Origin: the human T2T-CHM13v2.0 reference genome, Homo sapiens
NCBI RefSeq assembly: GCF_009914755.1
Contig: NC_060933.1
DNA: 64,000 bases
Direction: 5' to 3' (one strand)
Within the stretch, counting starts at the first letter, position 1. Every line of letters starts with the position of its first letter. Under the pieces are notes generated by a model. The model was not told the DNA's origin and searched no databases. It saw only the letters and a list, made by a program, of their open reading frames with translations. The position numbers and the translations under genes were made by a program. Positions 15,161 to 30,092 of the stretch are shown here, one piece after another.

Positions 15161-16528
15161 TTGAATATATTAACATTCTATCTGTATATTTCTTTACAAG
15201 TTATGAAGAATTTTCCCATATATCATATGAATTGACTAGGACATCAACTCTGTGGGGTAGCTATTCTTATTATCCTAACCATACAGATGGGGAAACAGAG
15301 GGATCAGGTAGGTTTGGAGACTTTTGGAGGTCACACATCTAATAAATGACAGAGCCGGGACTGTCAGTCTAATAAACTGAAACTGACTTGAGTTCAATAA
15401 AATATAAGAAGCCATATCCCTCCGCCCCACTGCAGGAGTCTATGGAGATGAAATCCAGAGACAAATAAGTACAGGGTTCACAGAGAAGAATCAAAATCAG
15501 TATGAATATTGAGGGTCATCAGAATAGAGATAATGATTATCTTGGTAGCCAGAGTCTTTCTATAGACACCAATTAAACACTGTATGGAGAAGGAAATATG
15601 TTAAAAGCTGACATGAGTTCAGAAGCTACGGCCCCAGCATCTGAGCCTGAAGTTGATGCCCCCAAGAGATTTTCATCTCAACAATGGGTAATTACATTGT
15701 GCTTGGCTAAGGCTCGGACTGCTGGGTCAAGGCCATGTGAATTTGTGAAGTAAAAAGAAATCAAAGACCAAGCATCATCAGAAAATGCTAATAATTCTAC
15801 TGTCTGCCCTCAAGTTAAGCTTCCATGGATCTTATTTGCTTCACAATACTCTAATCTTTAAAAAAACCCAGGTGATAGCCAGATATAAGTAAGAAATATC
15901 AAATCACACTGACCTTAAACACCTACTTGATGCTAGGAATTTTATCTCATTTCATTGAATTGAATAGTGTCTGTTTTTCTTGTTCTTCTTTTTTTTTTTT
16001 TTCTTCAGTAGGGAACATTTCCCAAAGTAATAGACTTAACAAGAAATAACTTCAGGATTTGGATTCAAGTCAGTTGAAGACAATCGCCATTTGCAGTTTC
16101 AATTTTACTAAACTGTCTGGACTGTCAGTTTACTGGCCTGAATTTTGGTTACGATCTGTTCACAAATTCCCTGAGTGACCCTGGAAAAGTCACTTACCTC
16201 CCTTAGATCTTAGTTTCTTCATTTGTGAATGAGGAAGATAATCTAAATATATTCAACATATGTAGAAAGTACATACACTTTATATACGAACACGGAACTC
16301 AATTTGCAGAAGATTATATCAACATGCATTTGTGGCATATTCGGAGAAGCAAATAATCTATGTGTGCATTCATTGAACAAGTTTTTTGAATGGCTATTGT
16401 GTGACAGGTCATGTGGTAGGAAGTTATAAGAACAAAGTTATGAAGAATATAGAAAAGATGTATGTGTGCGCTGATAGTCTCATAGGAGAGATAGGCATTA
16501 ATAAATAGATTTAAAAAGGGAAAACAGT

Positions 16529-16856
16529 AGTCAGGTGCAGTAGCTCAGGTCTGTAATCCTAGCACTTTGAGAGGCCAAGGAGGGACTATCACTTGAGTCC
16601 AGAAGTTTGAGACCAACATGGGCAACATACTGAGGCTCTGGCTATACAAAAAAATTAGATAAGCTAGCCAGGTATGGTGGTGCACACCTGTAGTTCCAGA
16701 TTCTTGGGAGGCTGAGGCTGAAGGATCACTTAAGCCCAGGAGTTTGAGACTACAGTGAGCTATGATCATACCACTGCACTTCGGCCTGGGTGACAGGGCA
16801 AGACTCTGCCTCAAGAAAAAAAAAGAAAAAAAAAAAAAAAGAAAGAAAAGAAAAAA
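16529..16856 (+). mobile_element. AluJ-like SINE within an L2 relic (~16360-17440)
   Basis: Dimeric Alu with J diagnostics and a long A-rich tail. Confidence 0.9.
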
Positions 16857-19669
16857 GATATACTGGTAAACTGGATGGTAAACTGGAACTTGGGTTCAAT
16901 TGGAAAATTAGAATGAGAAGGAAGCATATAAAATAAGTCCTGAAACAGCCTTTCAATGCAGGGACCATGTTCTTGAGGAAGGAATCTTTGAGCCTGAGAT
17001 CTGAAGGGCAGGTAGAAGCTACCATAGTGAAGAACAAAAGAAAAAAAAGGAAGCACATTCAAGCAGAAGGAGCAGCCCATGTGAATCCTTTGAAATGAAG
17101 GGCTACTGGGAGTGGGTGGAATTAGGCATTTAGTTAACTCAAAGAAAATTAGCAGAACTGTCCTGTCACTGAGAGAGACAAGAAATGGTGTGGAACCCAG
17201 CCAAGGGGTAGGTGGGAACCAGATCATGGCAGATCTGTCAGCCACCTGAGGATTTTGTTCTTTCTCCTAAAAGCAGTAAGTAGTAACCAAAAAGTTTTAA
17301 ACAGGGATGTGACAAGATTGAATTTGAATTCTGACTGCCATGGAACATAGATTGGAAAGTGACTAGAGTAGATTCTGGGAGACTTAGTTAAAAGGCCATT
17401 GTAATTTCAGGCAAAAGAAGATTTTACTTTGAACTATAGGCTACTCATTAAAATTGACTAATTAGCATCATCTGAAAGCAATGCTGCTCAAAGATTCAAT
17501 TACTGACCTTCTACCAATAGTCTTGAATTGAACTATTACTCTCATTCTCTGTAAATGTTATGTCTCTTAGAGTTGAGAAGGACCTCAGAGATAATTGAGT
17601 CTTGTTGTTTTTGTTTTAGCAAAACAGAAAGAAAGAAAGAAAGAAAAATTACCTTATGTTCTTGAATGAATTTTAATTCAGAATTTCCACAAAGAAAACC
17701 GCTAAAGAGCTGCTCTCGTTTAAGGTGAGGTACAATTTTTTCACTACTCAACCTGTACCTCACCTCTGCAAGGCACGATTTCTGTACCCAGTGCTCTCCA
17801 GAGTGTGAGTTATAGGTTTAGTCCAGCCCACACAGGACAGAATAGGACTTGAACTTAGGTCTCTGGCTTCATGAAACAATGTCTTTTTAGCACACCCAGA
17901 GGCTAGATAATGATGGTTGGAGGACCAACGCACAGTTGCTTGTATCTTTAAATGCCTTTCAGTGGCTGACACGAGATTGGAAGATAAGGTGGTTAGTAAA
18001 CATTTATGTAATTGCACAGGAACCAGCTAAATTCAGCATTGCCCAAGATGACTTTGTGCTTCTTTTCTTCCTCCCTCCCTTCCTTTCTACCTTATTTCCC
18101 TCTCTCTTCTTTTTTTCCTTCCTTTTCTCTCCTGCATCCCTCCCTTCCGTCCTTCCTTCATCTCCCTTTTGCCATGACAGGCAATTTCCACCACTATGCA
18201 ATGCAGTTTTTAGTCTTGGCAGGTCACTTAAACACCTTGGATCATCTTGTCTCGGAGATTGGTAGAATAGCAGAGGAGTAACAAGAAGGGATTCTGGTGG
18301 GCTTGAAGCCTGTCTTCTACCTGCTATTTAATCATCAGCAAGTCATTTAACATCTCTATGCCTTAATTTCTCTGTTCATAAAGTGGGATAAATTAGCGCT
18401 ACTTCATAGGGTTGTTACAGTGATTAAATAAGATGAAAGCCATAAGACTGTGGCTGGTGCATGGTAAATGCTTTAGAAGTGTTAACTATTAAATGTTGCC
18501 ATGAACCTGAACTTAGCCCATTCCCATTCCCATCCTGATGTGTTTGGCTTCAAGTTCATCCCAATTGCATAGCCCCCTTTCTACAGCATTCAGAGTTCAC
18601 AAATTTATACACTACCCCTGGTGAGCCCCACAGTGACCCTCTGAGATAGGCAATCAGAAATTATTATACCCATTTTATAAGTGATAAAGCCAAGGCTTAA
18701 AAAGTCTCAGTGTCCAGTAATAGCTGAGACCAAACTTAAAGTCCATCTTTCCCTTTTTAACTGCACAGTGTAAGGATCTCCTGGTGGCAAGACAAGCCAC
18801 AGGAATCTTACTGTGGGTCCCTGCCTTCCCTTGATATGTCCAGCTGCAGTCTGACACTAGGGTCAGCTCTCCTGCGGGCTAACAGAAATCCATCACAGTA
18901 TCCCCAGATCCTCAAACAGAACCTAATATATAATGACTACCCAATAAATATCTGGTCGACCCATTACTGGTCCCCATCAACAGGTGTGGTCCGGAATTAT
19001 CTTGTTGCTGTCCTCTCAACAAGCACTGGGCGCTGGAGTGGAATGAATCTTACTTATGTTCATGCTTCCAAAGCCTGGCACATAGTAAGCTTTCAGGAAA
19101 TGTATGCTGAGTTGGACTGCACTGAACCAGGCCTCTTCTGGTTACCTACAGGGAACATGTCTTTCTGGGTTTCTGCTTGGGCTTGAGAGTTAATTCAGGG
19201 CTCCATGTTCAGGGCCATTTCCTGCATCTCAGCACACTACAGTATATATATTTCAATGTTGGTCTACTACCCTCAACCTTGACGAGCAAACCCTGCCTTT
19301 GGCTTTACCATACACTAAACCAGGGCGTCCCAAACCCAGTGCAGTCTCCTATCTGCCACTGCCCACTGCTTAGACAGCATGCATTCTTGCTGCTCTGCAC
19401 AGTGATCTTGACCATCAAGTCCAACAGTAAAGTCAGCAAAATAAATCTAATCTGCTCCTTACCTGCCCATGTGACCTTGGATAAATTAATTACATCTGCC
19501 TTATCAGTTCCCTAACCCATAAATGATCCAAGAGCATCTACTTCACAGAGATGGCATGAGTATTAGATAAAAAATATATGTCACCAATGCTCAATTTCAT
19601 TAGGTAACTAATTACTGAGTGCCAAGAAATTTATATGCCAACTATCAGTTCTTGGGGGAAAAAGAATAA

Positions 19670-19910
19670 GAACAATACCTAACATGTATTGAGTGCTATC
19701 CATGTTCTACTCACTGTCCTAAGAAATTTATGTAGGTTAAGGCATTTAATCCTGAAAACAACCTTATAATGTAGGCACTATTATTAGCTCCATTTTACAG
19801 ATAAGAAAATTGAGGCTCAAAGGTTTCAGTAACTTCCTCCAGACTTACAATGTAACCGGGTGACGAAGTTGGAATTTGAACCAAGGCAGTCTAACTCCAG
19901 AATCTTTACA
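19670..19910. mobile_element. MIR (representative of many MIR relics, e.g. ~1-60, 11580, 12800, 15200, 18280, 20660, 26570, 43060, 49400, 62200)
   Basis: Core CCATTTTACAGATAAGAAAATTGAGGCTC...GAATTTGAACC. Confidence 0.8.
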
Positions 19911-20049
19911 AATAGACAACTCTATTGCTTGTTATTCTAGCTGCTCAGTAAGTAACTGCTATTGCTTCATTATTGTTGTTATTATTATTAATCTTATGTT
20001 CCCTATATCTGATAGTCACCTCTAGCTCCAATTCTACTCAATTGCTATT

Positions 20050-20532
20050 GTACCTCATCTCCAAAATATATGTCCCCTGCCCCCATAATGAACTGCACCT
20101 CCCAATACTCACACCCTTGAAGCCAGGTTAGGCTTTTGGCCAACAGAATGTGGTACAAATAATGCTCTCCGACTTCCAAGGCTAAGCTGTGTAAAAGTCT
20201 CACAGCTTTCTTTTGGTCTCAGGACACTCCCTCTCTGAGCCCAGCTGCCATGCTGCAAGAAGTCCAGTCCCCGTGGAGAGGTCCTGTGTGGGCACTCCAG
20301 TGACAGCCCCAGCTGAGCCCCCAGCTGACAGCCAGCATCAACTGGCTCTGAGAGAGTGTCATTGTGGAGATGCAGCCCAGTCAAGCCCCCAGATGACAAG
20401 AGCCCCAGCCAACTAGAGATATCCTCAGCTGTACCAAGTCAACATACAGATTCATAATAGATAATAACATAGTGTTGTTTTGAGCCACTAAATTTTGGGG
20501 TGAATTGTTTTACACCAATAGAGAGCCAAAAT
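20050..20532 (+). mobile_element. MaLR solo LTR (MLT1H-like)
   Basis: CCCAGCTGAGCCCCCAGCTGACAGCCAGCATCAAC; TTTGAGCCACTAAATTTTGGGGTG terminus. Confidence 0.7.
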
Positions 20533-22144
20533 ACCCCTTTTGCCTTCCAGCCAATATTAAGTTTCTAGCAAGCATTGAAGCCAAGTTTTAATCAGCTATA
20601 ATTGACCTCTCACTAAATCTAAATCTTAACATTTCTTTGAAGTAACAATAAATTAACATTTATTGACCTTGTGTACATTATTAACCTTTCTGTGCCTCAG
20701 TTCCTTTATCTGTAAAATAGGAATGGTAACAGTATCACTTCATAAGACTGTAGTGAGGAAGAAATTAGTTAATCTCATATAAGATGCTAAAGAACAGTGC
20801 CTGACCTTTAGAATACACATACTAAGTGACAGCTCCTTCCCTTCTGTCTCTTACTCTCTCCCTTCCTCCCTTCCTTTTAACTGATTCAGGCACTTTACCA
20901 AGGTTATTTAAATTTTAAAATCTTAATCATCACACTTAACCTGAAGGCAAGTGTTATTATCCCCTTTCACAAATGAGGTGCAGGACTTACATAAAGCTCT
21001 GTGTCTGGTAAGTGATGGAGCCAGGATTCGGACCAGTCCATGTGTGGCTAAGGCCCTGTGCTTGTTCCCTCTTTCCCTCTCCCACCTTACCTTAACAAAG
21101 CCACCTGTTTGTGAGACAAGTAAACATCTCTGTGGCACCTGCTGCAGTAATGGCACCTGCTCAGCACACTCATCTTCCACAGACTTCAGCAAGCAGACAC
21201 ATTGAAACCATGCAATCAGTTCATTTGCAAATACCAGCTTGCTCAGCTAGAGGTGGCCCAAGGTTCCCAGTGTTAGCACCTCTGTCCGACACTGCTCCAT
21301 GCCAGAGAGGTGCCCTGCGGTGTGAGAAATACTCATTAAAGCCTCAGATTCAGATGTCAGGAAGCAGCCCACAGCCCGTCCAAGGAAGTTCATCTCTCCT
21401 GGGAAGGCTTCAGAGGAATTAGCCACAGAGCCTAGTGTCTGTGTGCTCCTACCCCTCGGTACCTAGCACTCAAAATTCCTCAAATTAATATAATTGAGTG
21501 ACCTGCTAATGGTGGAACGCCAGACATCCTCTCCAGGTGAGAAGAATATGATGATTAGGGCAGGTTTTCTCCTCCTTAGTAGGAGAGACGGCAACACTGT
21601 GAGCTCTTTCTTTGAAGGTCCCATGATGGTAGAGCATTTTTAGCTATTTACACCTGACGACTTGCAGAAGGAGAGCAGAGACTTATTCAAAGATGCAGAC
21701 ACCTGCACTGAGCATGGTGAAGTGACTTGCCCAAGGACACACAGCTTACTAGTGGTAGGACAAATCCAGACTCCTTGACTTTTCCCAGTGTTACTCCTAT
21801 TACCCAGCTTTGTCCCTCCTTCTTCCCTTGTAATGCCTATCCAGCTACCCTCCTTCTAAAATCCTCTCAAGTCTTCCCTTGAACTTAGCATATCTGATGA
21901 TGCTTGGTGTTCTGGAGATTTCACTCAACTTTAATAAATATGCCTGCCTAATGTCTTTGGGACCTTTGGATCTTACTCTCCATTTTCTGAGATGACAATC
22001 ACCGTAACTGAAAGAGGTTATTTGTTTGAATTCTTATCATGGTCAAACGTGGCCCTCCTCAATCAGATTTGCATCGAGCTTCGTTGCTCCTTGGGATGCA
22101 CAGCTTCTTCACCTAAAGATCTGATCAAAAGCTACCTCCTATAA

Positions 22145-22854
<710 letters not shown>

Positions 22855-23520
22855 TATGGGGTCTGATTGATAAAAGAACCCCTCCCCACTCCTGCTCTAC
22901 AAGACATCTTCCACAGCACTGTTCGCTGTGTGCATTTCTGAATTTCCCACAGTGCTCGATGCGGGTCTCATGGCAGATGTGTGATGGATCTAAAAGGAAG
23001 CTTCTTCAGAGACTTGCTCGTGGTAGCAGTCTGAGCATCTGTTGTGCTCGACAAGAAAGTAAGTTTGTGACCTTTTCTAGTCCCTGCTTCAGCAGCATTG
23101 CAACAAGAAACTGGCAAAAGAAATTCTATTTGATCCACAAAACAATATAATTATCACAAGCTAGATGCAAAGCAGTGGGCTCAAATTTGGAGGGAATAGG
23201 GAAAACAGAGATGAGTTTGAATGTCTGTACAAGGAGGAGGTTTCATAAGTGGGGAAAGAGAGAGAAATATGCTAAGGAAAGGATTTTAGATTAGTGGGAA
23301 TCTAGAATAAGAAGCTTTCTGTATTGGCTAGTACAATCAGGAAAGACTTCATGGAGGGAATAGCAGCATTAGCTCTGACGCAAGAAAAACGAGAGAAAAA
23401 AGGGTGCACCTCATCGGGGTAATTAGGTGGATGGACTGTGGTAGAAGACTGCCGTTGTTAAATGTTGAGTGCCAGTAGAACAGACTAGTTAGGAAGATAA
23501 GATTTTGATTTATAGATTTA

Positions 23521-23625
23521 TTAAAGTTGGTTCAAAAGTCATCGTGGTTTTTGCTGTTACTTAAAAGTAATGGCAAAACTTAAAAAATAATGGCAAAAAC
23601 CACGATGACTTTTGCATCAACCTAA
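23521..23625. mobile_element. MADE1 (Hsmar1-derived MITE) with an internal duplication
   Basis: TIR-like GTTGG..CAAAAG...CTTTTGCA.CAACCTAA; perfect 22-bp inverted repeat at 23533-23554 / 23593-23614. Confidence 0.88.
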
Positions 23626-23654
23626 AATAGCTGGCATCTTGTCTCTCTTACATC

Positions 23655-23821
23655 AGAATTGCTAAGCCTGAGCACCAGCAACTTTTGAAGTCACATATTT
23701 CTTTGTTGTGAGAACTGCCTGTGCAATAATACCCCTAACCCTTGCTACGATACTCAAAATTGTCTTGAGATATTTTCAAATGTCCCCTGGGGAAAACGTC
23801 ACCCCCAAGTGAGAACCACTG
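23655..23821 (+). mobile_element. MER20 hAT MITE
   Basis: CAAATGTCCCCTGGGG...GAGAACCACTG terminus. Confidence 0.75.
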
Positions 23822-24896
23822 ATTTACACTGTAGCTTTGGACAAATTACTTGACCTCTCTCAGCTTCCATTTCCAGATTTGTACAACAGGGTAACAATCA
23901 TATATATAAATATGTGACTGACACAGGGTATGCTAGGTGAATGTGAATGGACTTGTTCTTTTTAAGAGTGGATCTTTTTCTTAGAACTAAATTGAAGGTA
24001 GAACCCCCAAATATGCAACAAATAAGAGCAGAGCTGCTCTGTCTGAAGCAGGGTGGAGAGAGAGCCCCAACCTGCCCTTTTGCTGTCTTGTGATGCCCTT
24101 TTAGAAACCCTGGAGGCACCTCTACAGTAGGAACTACCAGCTGCAGATCAGAAATGCCCCGGAAGAATAGAGTCCAAAAAACCTGGATTCAAGTCCTGGC
24201 TCCTTCCTTCTGTGCCCCTGAGAGAGTAGTAAACCCTAATTCTATGGAGGCATGGGCCCTGTCTTGTCCATCTCTGTATTCTCCACCATCTAGCAGAATA
24301 CCCGGTATATCCAGGACATGGCTGGAACTAGGGGAGGCAAGCAAGGTAGCCAGGCACTGAAGGTGACACTCTCTCAGGTGAGGACCCTGCACTCAATGAC
24401 CCCGCAAGTGTCTCCTGACATTTTGTATTACATTTTGTTATTTGTGTCACTCACTCCTGGCTCTGCTCAAAGGACCTCATAAATAAGGTGGCGAATGATT
24501 AATTAGTTAATCCAGTTTTTTCACCATTAAGATGGGGATGCTAAAATTGGCTTTGCTCAGTAATTTTAAAATTAAATATGAAATATATTTTAAACAGCCA
24601 GGATAATGCCACATAACTATCAGGGCTAGTGTTCCCCTCCTCAATCAGGTGAATCAGACAGAACACAGAGGCTGAAAATTCATGGTACATTCAGGAAACA
24701 ATGTGGAATCTGAAACAATGTGGAGCCAGTAGGTGAGGACCCAGAGGCAATCCAGAAAATTGTTGGTCTGGACCATGCGAGGTCCTGTTTGCCACCCCAC
24801 AAATGCACCATCTGCATTGCATTTCACTCTGCAGCAAGATAATGTAGCTAACGCCAGGTAGGTGCCTGCAGAGGTGGAGGTGGTGGCAACACTTAC

Positions 24897-25119
24897 CTCT
24901 CTCTAGGCAGCTGGTGGTTGGGATTGTGGCGACAGCGTACACTGAGGCCGAAAAGCTTGCGGGCAGTGCGTTGGATCTTTTGTCTCTGTGCCTCCGTGGC
25001 ACTCTGCAGGAGCTTGTAGCGGTTCTGCAGGTCCCAGTCATTGCCCCAGTGCTGATGGATGCTTCCGATGGTCAGGAAGTGGTTGCTGGGGAGGCGCTTC
25101 ATAAATGATTTAAACTCAT
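24897..25119 (-). CDS. BRINP1: BRINP1 coding exon (exon 7, 223 bp): (D)[73 protein letters not shown](R)
   Basis: Acceptor tctctcactag|AT, consensus donor AG|gtaagt. Matches ORF 24893..25102. Confidence 0.96.
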
Positions 25120-25468
25120 CTAGTGAGAGACAAAGGCCGAGAGAGAAGGGCTAAGCATGATAACACCCATCTAAAGTGGCCTTGAATGCTTAGTGTCACT
25201 TTCCAATAAACCAGGCCTGCAAACATAATTTTTTTTTCTTAAGGGCCATAGAACATTGCATTAGTCTGTCCTGCCCCTACTAGAAAGGGCAAAAGCTACT
25301 ATGCTTTCTTATGAAGGGAATCTGCATACCGCATTCTTGCTTAAGACAGGGCTTCCCAAACTTCTGGCGTCGGAATACCAACCTCATAGTAATATTCGTA
25401 TATTATTACATTTACTTAACATGTTATTTGAATCAAATCATTGTTTTTCACTTAAAAATTGAAAACAA

Positions 25469-25764
25469 GGTTGGGTGCAGTGGCTCACACCTGTAATCCC
25501 AGGACTTTGGGAGGCCAAGGCGGGTGGATAACAGGCCAGGAGTTCTAGACCAGCCTGGCCAACATGGCGAAACCATCTCTACTAAAAATATAAAAATTAA
25601 CCAGGCGTGGTGGCAGGTGCCTGTAATCCCAGCTACTCGGGAGGCTGAGGCAGGAGAATCGCTTGAACCCGGGAGGCAGAGGTCAAGTGAGCTGAGACTG
25701 CACCACTGCACTCCAGCCTGGGCAACAGAGCAAGACTCTGTCTCAAAAAAATTAAAAAAAAAAG
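25469..25764 (+). mobile_element. AluS SINE in intron 6
   Basis: Full Alu with A tail; short TSD GAAAACAA on both sides. Confidence 0.93.
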
Positions 25765-27325
25765 GAAAACAAAATGTTTATTGAATTCTCCAAAGAAAAT
25801 CACTATTGCATGCCTTCAGAAGATGGTAGCTATAAAAATAAATATGTTGAAGATAATGTTAATAAATTCTAGTCAGACACTGTTGCCTGCTAAAAAAATC
25901 AAACCTCCATGACTGCTCTCATGTTGAAATGCAGGCAATTAGCAAGTGTTAGGTGTTAAAGGCATGCTAGCACCAAACTGAAACTTTTTGATGTAATCTG
26001 CAGGTTCCACAGAGAACTGAAATGGATCAACTTCCCCACCCGGTGATCCAGTGTTGTTTGAAGTTGTATGGGTGTCCCATCTAGCATCAACTCACATTTC
26101 AAAAAACTCCAGCTTAAGAGATGGTGACAAACTCTTGGGCCTCCCAGGTAAAAGTTTCTGCCTCAGTTTGTGATGCTGAGTTTCAGAGTGTCAACTTGGC
26201 ACATCCATAGAAATTATCTAGTTCAGCTCTTTTGTTCTATGAATAGGAAAACTGAAGCCCAAAATGGGAAGATGATTTCTTAAAGGTAACGTGGCTGATA
26301 AATGACAAGATCCAGGTCTGTGTCCTGAGTTTCTGTTTTCCAATCTAATAATCCAATCTGTTGTAATTCTAATCCCTATCACCCCATCCCTGGAAAATTA
26401 AAAATATCAAGGGGTTGATCATTTTGTAGGAAAAAAGGCCAATGGTTGGATTTATATAAATATTATAAATCTTCAGCCTAACACTTTTCACTTCATGTTA
26501 TAAAAGCTCCAAGGACATTTTAGGTATACTATGCATTTATGCTTTCATTTTATTTTAAAAAATGCTTACATAGCTCTTGACAGGCACCAGGCACAGTCCT
26601 AATCACCTAACATATATAACCATATTTTATAGCAAACCTATGAGGTAGGTATTTTAGAGCCCCCATTTTAAAGAAAATAGGGCACAGAGAAGTTGCCCAA
26701 GGTCAAATGGCCAGTAGATAGGAGAATTAAGACTTGAGTCTGGCTCCAAATCCTGTGTTCTTACTTAGTATATTATATTTCCTCTCGACACATAAAAAGG
26801 GCAATCCCGAGGCTCAGTACATTAGGAGAAAACAGTAAATAAAAGGTGATAAAAAATAGAAGTCTCTGACTCCTAGAAAAAACTCAGGCATTTAATTATA
26901 GACAGTTAGACAGGCAAGAGTTGGAGTCACATCTTGAGTGCTGAACAGCTGTGGGACCCTTATTCTCTCAAGGCGTCAGTTTCCCCATCTGCTAACAGGA
27001 ATAATAGTATCTAATCCAAATGCTGAGAATGACATAGTGGCATAGGACTGCATCTACCTAACTAGTTCCTGAGACACAGAAAGTACTCGGTTGATGGTAG
27101 CATAAGATTGACAGGATGACACAAGACTCTACACTGATTGATTGACTCAGTGAGCTGGCTGAAGGCAGGAGACAGGCCCTGATGACTCTGTTCTGTTTGG
27201 GACAGCTAGACTCTCCTCTCATGGAAAACATAAAGCTTATCTTGCAGAGGGCTCCGTGGATGTCAAAGGGGAAAGCAGGCCTTCAATGAACCCAAATTTG
27301 GGTCTGATAAGAAAATAGAATTTAA

Positions 27326-27749
<424 letters not shown>

Positions 27750-28914
27750 TAGGCCCTATTTGGCCACCCACACTCTGGAGCCATCAAGGAACCAATGGCT
27801 TTTACTTTGGGCTGGTCATTAATCTCTCCAAATCACCTGGGCTGAGTAGCGAAGGTTAAGGGCTAAAAATGGACCAAAGGAAAACTCATATGCACAAGGC
27901 TGTGATGCACATACGGATGAATGGATTTGTCTTAAAGGGTAAAACCATTTCAAATAGAGAAGCACAGGAGATCTAGAGGGAGTGTATGCCTTTTGGGGAG
28001 AAAGTGTGACATAAATCATTTTCTTGGCCTGTTCAGCTTATTCAGCAGCATCTCAGTTTTCTGTGTTTCCTCATCCATCCACTTAAAGTGGTTTCTTTTC
28101 CTTGGGAATAAGGATTGTATGCTAAAGAGTCTTACTCCTTGTGCATATAGCCTAAATTCCCTCTGTTTTTTTTTTGTTTGTTTTTGTTTTTTGTAGTAAT
28201 CAGCCAAATCTTTCTGCAAAAGCATTTTATCAAATGCTTCCTTTGTTTGGGGCCAAATAATCATCATAGTACATTTCCATCATGAACTTTTCTCTTTTAT
28301 GGGCTCCCAGGATTTTCAGTGGACTAATGGGTGTCGTTATAAGGCATCCACAGTTCCATTTGAGCTGTACAGCACTGTAGGAGCAGGATCCCTGATGCAT
28401 TCTGGGCTCCCAGAGCTGGGTTAGGGCTTAGAGTTCACAGAAACCAGTTATTTTCAAATGCTATTCCATAGAACTCTGCTTTTATCTGTGGTACACAGTG
28501 GCTCCTAGGTAAGATTTTGCTTGATCAAATAATTTCTTGTCTAAAGACTTGAATAAACTCAAATATTAAAAACACAAACATGTCTTCTCATTTATCAGAT
28601 GAGGGAACCTCAGGCCTGGGGGACAAAGTAAAATTAAGTTACCAAATCTGCTGTGAGCACTAGATTTGGAATCAGGAATTCCATTACCAATCCTGCCATT
28701 TACTAACTGTGCAACCCTAGGGAAAACACTGGGTCTTGCAGGAGGATTATAGAGGAGGTGTTCCCTTCTCTGTAATTCAGAAATGTTAGTACTTCCTTTA
28801 AGGTGGCTATTATAACAGATTTAAGAAATATAATGTTGTTGTAAAGACAGGAATGCTTTTTTGCATGAGTCCATTTATTTAACAGGTACTTGAGCACATA
28901 TTATATGTTAAGTA

Positions 28915-29520
28915 CCTGCTTGGCATCTCTTCTTGGAAGTCTCAAGGATTCTCAAGCTTATCCTATAGAAAAGTGAGCACATGGTCTTCTTTCCAAATCT
29001 TTCAGGGTGTTCTAGCTCAATGAAAGATATCAACATCTATCAAGTTGTCTAACATGCCTATCTAAAGGAGGTTTATGAGTATCACCTCAATATCCCTTTT
29101 CTCTTCAACTCTTGTAGACAATCTAACATCAAGCTCTGCCATTTTTTCCTTCTAAATATGTTGGCATATCTGCACATTTCCAGTTTTTACAACTTGTACC
29201 ATCTCCTTAACCCACATCATGGTCATCTCTCTCCTAGGCCCTTTGTGCCTCCCATTGGTCTACCTGTAATCACCTTCTCATATCTGCACCATAGTCAGAT
29301 ACTTCCATTTCTGTTCTTTTTTAAGGTAGACTTCCTTGACCACATTGACCCCCAACTCTACATCGTTTGTTCACAGCAACTCCTCCCTTTTTACAGACGT
29401 ATCCTTGACATTTCCTAATCATTGGCATGGTTACATAATTAATGCCTGGCTTTCCAACAAAACTCAAATGTCCATGAAGGTAGAGATCCTACTTCAGACT
29501 TCATCCACTTTAGGAGCTTG
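28915..29520 (+). mobile_element. L2 fragment
   Basis: Degenerate L2 body motifs (GGCATCTC.., CAACATCTATCAAGTTG, CTTCTAAATAT). Confidence 0.55.
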
Positions 29521-30092
29521 GATGACTGTCTTTCCACCCCTGAAACTCATTTTTCTGAACTATGAAAGGCAGAAAATAACTAAGATACCAGAAAAGAGAC
29601 TTTGAGCTTTGATAGTCTGTAGATTCTTTGGATATCTATATCTCTATGCATATGCACATATAAATATACACATAGAGGTATGTTTATCTAGTTATAGAGA
29701 TGGACAGAAGTGTGTGGGTGCACACACAAACACATACACACACAAATATCCACACACACATACACAGCCCAAGGAATCAATACAACTACCTCTGACTCTT
29801 CCCTCTCCAGAGGCTTCCTATGCAGATTTATTCTTTCTGTCTTCTGGGTACGACAGAAACAATACATCATATGACCACAAACTGGATTATGCTATTCATT
29901 AATTTTATTCAGTTGAGATTTATTGAGTGCCTGCTCTGTGACAGCTATTATACTTGCATCTGGACACTCCAAAGTGAAAGGGTCAGGGTCACTGAACTTT
30001 CCCTTGCAGCAGTCCTAATTCCAGTTAGATTAGCTCCCTTTCAGACTTGGCTCAAGGCCACTCATGCAGTGGCACTGAGTGAGACTCTCTAC

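Noticed and set aside
24691-25108. ORFs 24691..25041(-) and 24914..25108(+) overlapping exon 7
   Set aside because: Alternative-frame and antisense shadows of a GC-rich coding exon with no independent support.
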